Assembly: GCA_001179505.1 (NCBI GenBank)
Contig: CDMY01000243.1
Span: forward strand, 434,001 to 498,000
Length of the DNA: 64,000 nt
Origin: Vitrella brassicaformis CCMP3155
Taxonomy: Eukaryota > Protista > Chromerida
Direction of reading: 5' to 3'
Position numbers and translations under genes: made by a program. Of this stretch, positions 29,701 to 39,797 are shown piece by piece. How positions within the stretch are numbered: the first letter of the stretch is position 1; every line of letters starts with the position of its first letter. The notes under the pieces are model-generated. The model made no database searches and was not told the origin of the DNA. It saw only the letters and a program-made list of their open reading frames with translations.

Positions 29701-32308
29701 ATGCCCCTCGCCGTCTCATGCCTGAGAAGGCTGCATGTCCGGGCGTGTCGATGAAGGTCACCCGCCGGCTGGTGGTGGGCGTCACAACCTCAAACGCACC
29801 GATGCGCTGCGTGATGCCCCCTGCCTCCGACGCAGCCACCGATGTCCTGTATGTATCAAGGAAGGAGGTCGAGAGAGAGAGACAGAGAGACATACATACA
29901 TACCAGTGGGTTCCTGGCTGGCATCTGCCTCACATATCTAGATACGGATCGCATCTTTAAATGCTTACTTGCGAAGTGCGTCGAGGAGTGTGGTTTTGCC
30001 GTGGTCGACGTGCCCCATGACGGTGACGACAGGCGGCCGCGGCCGCATGTCCTTGGCCAAGGCACTCGTGTGCCGCAGCCGGATGGGCAGGGCCCTCTCG
30101 AACTCCTCAGCTATCAACTCAGCCTCCTCCACCGTCAGACGCGAGTGCACCGTCGCCTGCCCCCCTGGCAGCAACGCTGCACCCAACTCACGAACCTGCA
30201 TTGATTGCATCCACGTCAATGAATCATCGGTGAGTGAGACACACAAGGAAGGAAGTCCCGCCAAGTGGCTGGCCGGCCAAGTCCACCGATCCATCCGCCC
30301 ACACGCACCCACCTTGTCGAGTGGGATGGCAATGTGCTGGGAAAGCGCCCCCACGGTGATGTTGTGTGGATCCAGCAGGGAGGGGTCATAGTCATCCTCT
30401 GCGGCCTTCCCATCAACATCGCCCACACCCAAGCCCTCATCGGGGCTGACCACCGCGACACGACCAAGGACTGACTTGGTCTCTGTCGCCACGAGTGTGG
30501 GAGTTGCTGGAGGTGCCGGCACCGGCCTTGTAAGTGCCGCAGGAGGCCCAGCAGCTCGTTCAGTATCGTGTGCAATTGGTTGTTGGGTGTCGCCGTGCTG
30601 GTCGAGTGCCGCTGCCTCGAGCCGCTCCCTCTGTTTCCGCGCCATTTTGGTCCTCATGAGTTGCATGATGGTCTGCGTGCCCTCGTCCATCTTGTCCTCG
30701 TCCAGGGACGTCACAGGCGACACCTCCATCTTAGACGTCGCCCCATGCGACACCGCCTCCTGAATGAATGATGCAGGGACGGACGTGCACGGACATAGGC
30801 ATGCCGCACACAGACAGACAGACCATAGTTTGAATGAGCGAGGGAGAGAGATGAGCCCAGCCCGTGTCGTCCGTCTATCTATCAGGCATGCCGGTCGCCC
30901 GGCCGTGAAGCCATTCAGCATTGATCGTCGATCGTACCTTTTCAGCGTGTGCTGTCGTCCTGTCTGCGTCTGCAGTGCGTGTGGTAGCCAGCATTTCGAG
31001 CACTGCCCCGATCCACTCCTGCTGGTAAGCCTCGAACTTGGTGTCGTCCCCCCACACACCACTCAGCTGCTCGCTGGCCTCCTTCCTGGCGTCTAGAGCC
31101 CTCTGCGCGGCCAAGACGGTGGCGATGAGCGACGTGCCTCCTTTCCTTTCCGTTGGCTTGATGGACCACCCTCGCAAGTGCCTCAGAGACAGGGCCTCAC
31201 GCCTCCCAGTAGCCAGCCTCCTGAACCTGCGAGTCCCCAAGCTCTTCCTTTCATCGCCCTCCGTTGACAGAAACTGCCGCAGCGACCCCACAACGATGTC
31301 GTGGGGGGCCATGCCCTGGTGGCCAACCCCATCTGTCAAAGGTGACTCTTGGGCCTCCTGCTGCATGTCTGCTGCAGCCCTATCGCTTTCGCGGCCCAGC
31401 AAGTCCTCCGGCCCTTGCTGCTCTTGCTCTTGCTGAGGTGGCTTGTCGACAATGGTCTGGTGAGCTTGTGCCTTGGCCCCCCTCAGACTGTCTTGCAAGG
31501 TCGAGGGCAGGAAGTAAGATGGCCTGAAAAGCCTCCGCAGATCCGTCGGCAGCTCGTGCCGGGTGGGAGGAGTGGGACTGGGCTTGGCTGATGCACGGGT
31601 GCTGTTGGTGGTCGTCCTGTGTGGCAGCATGTCTTGCCTGCGGGCGTCCATGACCGCGTCCATCAAGCGCCGCATCTTGGCTATCACGTCCGCAGATACG
31701 AGAGATGACTCTTTGCTGACAGGGTGGTGCCCGGTTGCTGCTATTGTCGGCCCTAGGGGCTGGGGCTGCGTCTTCCAGGCGCCGAGCCATTCTTGCAGCG
31801 CATTCAGTGGCTGGCTGGAGGGGCGGAAGGATGGGTGGACAGGCAGGGGACCACCTGTCGGCCTGACCCGCTGCGGCAGCTGGAACTGGGCGGCTGCCGA
31901 TTTGGGCCTCCTGGGCTTGGGCTTGTAGGCCGGTGGCTTGACTGGCTGCGGCAGGTCGACATGACTCATGCCATTCGTGACGCGGTGGACCCGTGTCAGC
32001 TGCCTCTGCCGCTGCCTCTCCTCATAGGAAGCCTTTGTGCCCTTGAGTGGGTTAAACAGACGGTCCAACTCGAGGGCCGGAGGCGAGGGCCGCGCCTTGC
32101 CTGCACTGGCCGACCCACTGCCAACAACGATGCCCAAACGAGTGCGGCGGGTCTGTCCGTCAGCTGAAGTCTGCTGTAAAGGCTGCACGTACACGCGGCC
32201 CTCGCGGCTTGGCTCTGGCTGCGTCGCTGCAGATGAGTGAAGCACCCTTGCTAGCGTCGCACATGAGCGTTGTTGGATCCTCGCGGTATACGACGATAGA
32301 GCTGACAT
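26785..32308 (-). CDS. infB: Translation initiation factor IF-2, probably mitochondrial
   Basis: [61 protein letters not shown]; ends ...[31 protein letters not shown]. The N-terminus [26 protein letters not shown] is Arg/Ser-rich with no acidic residues, like a mitochondrial presequence. Confidence 0.92.
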
Positions 32309-32496
32309 TGACGCTTTATGGGAGCTGGTGGGACCCCGGTGTCCGTTAACGTGTTGCTCCTTGGAGGAATGAACGAACACTGGAGCAGATCTGCCAATCC
32401 GATGAGCTCGCACTAGGAAGCGGGCTAGGGTGCTCCCGTGCGTTGAAACGAGGGGACGACCAGACAGATCTCTCTATACGGGCTAAGGGAGGGAAG

Positions 32497-34330
32497 ATGA
32501 TGAGCGAGGCGCGGCGTGCGCTGATGGACGAGCAGTTACGTGAGTCTGACGCCCCCGCGCCGGCTCAAGCGAGAGATGTTGCTCCGGATCCATTGCCGAA
32601 GCGGCTGTCAGACTTGAGAGATCCCCACTCATCAGGATTCATCACAGGTGGGGCGCAGAGGCGCTGACACACATACAGGAGTTCAACTGCATGGCATGGA
32701 TTCGTTCGACTTGAATGTGTTCGTTCAGCTGACCAGGTGCGCACGAGTGTGAGCCTCCGCCTTGACAGTTATGGATCGGTACGCATGGGCAGACAGACAG
32801 ACTGACAGACAGACAAGACACATTGGCTGACCATGCACTGCAGCAATGAGTGCAATGCACTGCATGATGCCTTACTTGTTGTCTGCCCTCACTCAATGAC
32901 TGACTGCTTTGATCAGATAGCCCTGGCCGCCACGGTGCGTTCGCACTCACCAAACACACACGGCCGCCCCTCCATTCACACACACAGATGAGATGCGTGC
33001 AGCCATGCAGCCAGGCAGGCAGGGCACAATACAGCACAGCAGTGTATCTTGTCATGCTTTGGTTTCCGTGGTGTGTTGTGTGTCAACCAGGTGTTCGGTG
33101 GGTATGGGTTGTATCCGCTGATCGGTCTGAATGAGTCCACATGGAACTCCCAGTACCTCTTCACTCTGTACACTAGCGCCCTCCTGGCAGCCACCTGCAT
33201 GAACTGTGTGTGAGCCGGGGGGGTGGTGGACACACAGTTCAGTCAGCCAGCCAGGCTGCACTGCACTCACTGCAACCAACATGCCATGCCCCACAACTGC
33301 AGACAGGCCCGTGATGTGTATGTATGTATGTATGTATGAATGTGTGTTGTGTGTGCATGTCTGTCTGGTCTGTGTGTAGGTTTCTCTATTCTGGTCTTGA
33401 CGTGGCTGCAGTACAGCGGCACCCGCCTCATAGCTGATGGCAGCTTTGCCGTCGTCACATTCTTGAGAAACACGGATGGGCCCAGGAAATCTGCTGTGCG
33501 GGCATTCGTCACCAGTGGTGCGCTACGCTGCGCTGCGCTGCCTGGCTGCCAACACACAACACACAACACCAGATATAGTATCGATCTTGATGGTGTGTGT
33601 GTGTGGATGTGTGTCTTGTCTTGGATCAGTTCCTCTTATCCTTGTGGCAATGGGGCTGCAGAGTAAGTCAGTAAGTGGGTGACCTGACCCATGCCATGAA
33701 TGTAGTAATGTGTCCAGGGAGGTGTACACACCACACGTGTGTAGGATTGATTGGTTGCCTGCCTGCCTGATCACACGGTGTGTGGGGCTGTGCTGGCTGT
33801 GCTGTGCTGTGTGCTGTGCTGTGGTGCGTGCATGGATGCAGTAGTGGACAAGACGGATCAGTTGACCTTCACCATAGCGGTGATAGCCATCGCCCTTGCC
33901 TCCATTGGCATGACAGTTGTACTGCTTCGTATCAAAGGTACGGATGGACGGACGGTAGGTAGATACACAGGACAGCCAAGCCACACGAGTTCGATTTGAT
34001 TGATGTTCGCTCCCCCATATATCCATTGCTCGCCGCCTGCCTGCCTGCCTGGCTGCAGCTGTGTACCACATGGTCAAGCTTGAGTCCCCCTCGACTCCCT
34101 TGGTGGAGCTGCAGCAGCTGCACCACCTCGCCCACCACGCGGCCCAGGCGGCGGACAGCGACGCCGAGGCAGCCGAGATCAAGTCCGAGAGTGGCGTGCG
34201 GGAGATGGCTGGAGGCCGCCTGCCACACGCACCCGCCCCTCTGGAGCCGAGACACTACCGCACCCCTGTCTACTACGGGCCCTCGGAGAAGGCTGCTGGT
34301 GCCAGGCCAGACGGCAGCCATTCCAGATAG
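32497..34330 (+). CDS. Hypothetical multi-pass membrane protein
   Basis: Chained exons: MMSEARRALMDEQ...; IALAAT|VFGGYGLYPLIG...YLFTLYTSALLAATCM; FSILVLTWLQY; VPLILVAMGLQ; LTFTIAVIAIALASIGMTVVLLRIK; hydrophilic tail ending GSHSR*. About 4-5 hydrophobic segments. Confidence 0.55.
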
Positions 34331-36331
34331 ATACATAGAAATGTGAATTCGGCGCTGGGGGATGCGGCGCGGGATCTGTCTGTCGACGAATCGACTGACT
34401 GACTAAGACGAGGGCTTAGCTTGTGTATGTGGATGTTATGGTTGATTGATGACACAGAAAGACCGACAAGCGTCGGTGTTTCTTGTGGGGTGCGTGTGCT
34501 CCTGGTACAGTGGAGTGTCAGTGGGTATAGACTGTGTCAGTCAATTGGACCATGATTGTTTATCGTCCGCGTACGTGGGTTGAATGATTGATTCACGACG
34601 AGACGCCAACGAATATGCAGACACTGACATACGTGCATGCGTTTCCCATTCGTTTGTGTCTTGTCATCCATCCATCAGTCGGCCATCCATCAGTCGCCCA
34701 TCCGTCCATGTCTTACTCGTCTAGCTACGTACGCACCTGTGCACATCACATGCATGCCTGTCTGTCTGTCCAGACAAAACTACCACGAGGTCAGGTAAGA
34801 CGGCAGTCAGTTCGTGTGTGGAGGGGAGGTGGCCAGGCAGGCCAGGTAGGTATATAGGTATGTATGTAGGTATGTGCTCGAGTCGAGGGCCGCCATTCAC
34901 CCACCCACCACTGTGTGCAGCAAGCAAGGAAGGACTAGAAAACAAAGCGCAAGCACGCATCGCGATGGCTGGCTTGGTGGCCATCATTCATGTGGATTAA
35001 TGGCCGTCTGTCTGTCTGTCTCATCCATCGATTGTACGATCGATGTCCCTCCTCCTCTCGCATGCCCAACGTGCAAATGCATCAGTGAAGACACCACACC
35101 CTCCCTCTGACCCCCAGGGGCGTATGTATGTATGTAAAGCCTAGAGCCCGTTGCCCTACTAATAAACTCCGCATGCATACATCCGTCGTTTGGCTGACTG
35201 ACAGACAGCAGCGGAGATAGACCACCAATGCATTGGTGGGATCATTCACAACCGCACACCACCACACCACACCACTCCACAGAACAGAAGGGTTACATGA
35301 GCACCATGACATAGCGAACACGGAAACCTCTCGCATCAATCGTATGGCAACGAGAGGGTTTTGAGCCAGCCAAGCCACACCAGACACGCACACACATGTA
35401 CTGTACGCACTCGTCCATCCATCCCATGCATGCCATGCAGTCAGTGAGTCAGGATTGATAGAGATAAGAGATAGGAACAAGATCCCTCTCTCATGGCCAT
35501 CCCGGGCCGCCAATGGATGGATGGCCCCATTGAATCAACACTCAATCCCGCAATCAATGATCCGTTGCATTGAGCTCTCGTCCTGAAAGAAAGGTAGTCC
35601 ATTCCTACATAGCATAGCAAGCACTACACTGTCAGCCAGTCGAATGGCCGCTCAGTCAGTCAGTCAGTCAGTGTACCCCCCTCGCTCACACCCTTTGATA
35701 AACCAGACCTGTCAGCACAGCCACACGACTACACACACGGGCTGAGTGTCCAGACAGACAGACAGACAGACAGGCAGACAGACAGACAGAGGGACGCCCA
35801 TACCGTCAGTTCGTCAATATCTTATAGCCCTCACTTCTATTATCGACACAAACCAATGCAATCAATCTGTCAATCAATCAATCCGCCTCACTTAAAACCC
35901 ACACCGCACACCGTGTGTGTAGTGTCCTCAACCCATTCACACAAACATCCCAGAGAGAGACACCAGTCGGTCGATGCGTCGAGCAACTCCTGGATGTGAG
36001 CAGGAAGCCACGCGTATGTATGTATGTCTGTATGTGTGGGAGAGGTAGGGAAAAAAGAGGGCCAGGCCACTTCCGAACAGTCAGTCAGCCAGTTAGTCAG
36101 TGCTACCTACTACGAATTCCACAGACGATCCGATCCCGCCCCTACGAATGAATGAGTGCCAAAAAACCTCACACATTCACACACCACCATGCAGCCAACC
36201 AACTGACCGGAGGGCACCTGACTATAAAGGCAAACGTCAGTCAAACACAGACGACATCGACAACGGCCACACCGGCCCGGCCCTCCCGACATTCCTCCCT
36301 CCCGACATCCCTCCATGTGTGTGTTGTGTGT

Positions 36332-39300
36332 CTAGACGTCATGTCCGGCATTCGGGCTCTCTGAGTGTGTGCGTCCCGAGGCCGTCTCGGTGGTCTCCTC
36401 GACCCCGTTGTCGGTGGCCTTGTGCACCTCCACCTTCAGGGGCGACTTGGCGTCGTCACTCGGCAGCGTTGCGAACGGCGACAGGGCGTCGACGCCCTTG
36501 GCCTTCCAGTCGTCCTCAAACTCGTTGTGCTCGGTCTTCTGCAGCTCGGCCGTGAGGGACTTGACGAACTTGTTCTGCTTGTGCCGGATCTCGCTGGCCT
36601 CCATCTTGAGCCACTTGCGGCCGCCGAAGCGGTAGAACCAGACGGCGAATCCAACGATGGCGGCGGCTATGAGGACGACGATGATGATGCCGCCAATCAT
36701 CAGGCCCGGCTGGTTGTCCTCGGCCGTGAACATGTTGCTCAGCGCCAGCAGCCCCATCGGCAAAGCAGCAAACACTATCAGGATGCTGATCGATCCAACA
36801 CACACATACACACACACACACAGGCAGCCAGACACACAAGACAGACAATGTCGGTGTGCGTGGCGGGTGTGTGTGTGTGTGTGGTGGTTGGTGGCGTGTG
36901 AAGCTGACTATGCGATAGGGAACCAGCGGAAGACGGCTGTGATCTCCCCGAGGCCCCTGGCCATCCGCAGAGGGATCGCCCGCATCTGCGGAATCGGGTA
37001 CCTGCACATCCGACGCACGCAGACCAGGCAGGTGGGTGCGAGCGACGAGTGAGGGGCACACACCACACCAAGTGTACGTACGTACATGCACTCACCAAGG
37101 TGGCCACATGCACCCACGTAAATCAATGAATACCAGATGAGAATTCCGAAGATGTTGAAGAAAAGGTGACACAGTGCGATTTGCATCCCCTCGGGCTTGT
37201 CGGACACGAGTGCCGCCAGCAGCCCGGTGATGGTCGTACCCACGTTGGCACCAAGCGTCAAAGGGAACATGTGCTCAAGGTCAATCGTGCCTGTGGGGGG
37301 TGGTGGGGTGGGGGACGTCACATGACACGAATGACACGTGCAGTGACTGCACTGCAAGATAGCTATACACGTCTGTCTGTCTGTCTGTCTGTGAGTGACG
37401 CTAGATAGAGATGCGATGCGATGCGTACGTACCGAGTCCGACGAGTGGTGTGAGGACAGACGTGGTGATTGAAGACGACTGCACGAGCATCGTGAGGCCC
37501 GCACCGATGAGCATGGCCACATACTCATGGCCGATGTAGTTCTGGTGCACCACACGCTCAAAAGTCTTCTTGACCGACCCGATCAACAGGTAGCGCATCA
37601 CTTTCACCTGTGTGTGATGAAGGCAGGCAGGCACACAAACGAATGAAGAACCATTAATTACGCAAACAGCCATGGCATGGAGGGAGGGAAGAGGACACGA
37701 CACGCGCACACAGGCAGGGCAGGCCGAGGATAGATAGGTATGCTGACAGCGGTGACCGGAAGCTGTCTGTCTGTCTGCCTGCGTCCGTGAGTGTGTGTGC
37801 CCCACCCACACCCGTCGTGCCTACGTGTGCATGTACTGTAGGTACGTACCATGATGGTGAGTGCGATCATGAGCATGGCGAGGGAGACGAAGACCATGAA
37901 GACTCCATAGCTGAACTCGGCTCGCTGGAAGGCAGTCCCAGCAACCACGGCATCGCCCTTGTGAATCGCTGCACAGACACAGACAGACAGACAGACAGAC
38001 AGAGAGACAGAGAGAGGGAGACGGACAACTACTTGTGTCTGTTCTGCGCCACATGCAGTAGGTTTAGGGTCGGGTGCAGTCAGTGAGTCCTCACGGAGCC
38101 ATGCGAGTCCCTCTTTGAGGAGGTGGTCAACATATTTCGTGCTGTTGGGATCGGTAACGCTGCAGTCGAGTTCGCCTGAGGCCACCCCGGTGATGACGTC
38201 CTTGTCGGGCACGATGATGTGCTTGGTTATGACCTTGACGATCGTGTCGAAGGGACTCTCCCACCTGAGTGACGTACACACACAGGGTACGTACGTACGT
38301 TGTCAGTCACATGAATTGACTCAACAAGTACGGTAGGTACATACTCTCTCTGCGCATTGCATCCACCCCCCTCTCTCTGCGCATTGCATCCACGGGGGGT
38401 GGGGAGGGGTGGGATGGAGGTCTGGTCGTGCGTGCGTACTTTTCGCCGGTGGTTCCGATGTCGTCGTGCATGATGGCGTCAGTAAGGTGCTCGAGCATGT
38501 TAAAGATCCACTCGATCGGCAGCAGTATCAACACCGAACACAAGTTGAAGCAATCGTGAACCTACAGACACATACACACACAGCAAGGCCACCCACCCAC
38601 ACCGATAGAACGTCCGTCGGTCAAGTAAGTAGCACTAGCACACTCCCTGCCTCCCTCCCGCTGTACCTACCGTGGCCCCGGCGAAAGCCCTCTTGAACTC
38701 TCCCAAGTGGTTCATCTGGCCCAGCGACACGATCGTGTTGGTCACACTCGTACCGATGTTGGCGCCCATGATCACAGCTGCATGTCCGTGGACACACACG
38801 TAAACACACACGCGCATACGTCAGGCAGGTAAACTGCGTGGCGTGGCGTTGCGTGGCGTGGCGTGGCGTGTCGTACGGATAGCGGGTCTGATTGGTAGCA
38901 GGCCGGACCCGACGAGGCTGACAACGATGGAGGTGGTGGTAGAGCTGCTCTGCAGCGCCACCGTGGCGATGACACCGGCAGTAAGGCCGGCGATGGGGTT
39001 GGAGATGGCGCTGAAGAAAGTCCCCATACCGCACGCACCCACCGTCTTGAAGCTAAACACACACACGCGGATCCGTGCAGGTACGTCCGCCACCAGTCAG
39101 TCAGTCAGTGAGTGAGGCATCTATCTAGGTAGATATGTACAGCACTGAGTGTGTGGACGTACCTGTCTCCCATGAGCTTGAGGGCAACCAGAAACATGTA
39201 CAGAGCGCCGATGAGGATGATCACGAGGGTAGTATTCCTGAAGGAATCACATGTCACAACAAAGACACGCGTGCACATACATACACCACACCCCTTGCCG

Positions 39301-39504
39301 GGCTGGCGTTCGCGTCCCTCCGACCTCCCTCCCTTCCTTCCCCCGCACCCCGACTGACCTGACCCATCCGATGGCGCCCTTGGCGGCCGGTGGGGCCTCC
39401 TTCTCAGCGGTCTCGAGGGCCGCACCGAGCTTCGACGCACCCTTGACATACTCGGTGTCCGCCTTGGGGTGCAGCTGCTGGTCCACTGGCTGATCCGCTG
39501 ACAT
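36332..39504 (-). CDS. Sodium-dependent phosphate cotransporter, SLC34/NaPi-II (Na_Pi_cotrans) family
   Basis: Two signature repeats, [19 protein letters not shown]...[11 protein letters not shown] and [19 protein letters not shown]...GANVGTTIT, plus RAFAGATV and [19 protein letters not shown]. Confidence 0.95.
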
Positions 39505-39797
39505 CCTCACGACCACGTCCTCACAGATCTGTCACACGCACAACGACCTGCACCAGAGACACCGCAGAGAGGGCACCAGGCAGCACGGATGTTGCGCACA
39601 TGGAGGGGGGAGAGGGGTGCACAGAGAGAGTGCGGCCGACGTACCGGATGGATGTCTGCGCCAAGGGCGAAGTGGGAGCACAGGGAAGACCGAAATTTGA
39701 CGTGGGAGGCGTCTCAAGCGATCACTCCTTTGTCGCTGAGCTCGCAGATCGGGATCTGCGCGTCGAATCTCTCGCCCCCCCGTGTTTGGTGTGTGGC
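39505..39797. promoter_or_regulatory. Putative bidirectional promoter between the Na/Pi cotransporter and the beta-helix surface protein
   Basis: 293 bp separate the divergent ATGs. The interval contains the palindrome ACAGATCTGT (39523-39532) and the inverted repeat CGCAGATC-GG-GATCTGCG (39743-39760). Confidence 0.5.

Noticed and set aside
34400-36300. Possible gene between the membrane protein and the Na/Pi transporter
   Set aside because: I could not chain phase-compatible exons into a credible protein.
38344-38393. Tandem duplication of CTCTCTCTGCGCATTGCATCCAC
   Set aside because: It lies inside an intron of the Na/Pi transporter and is probably a slippage duplication with no sign of function.
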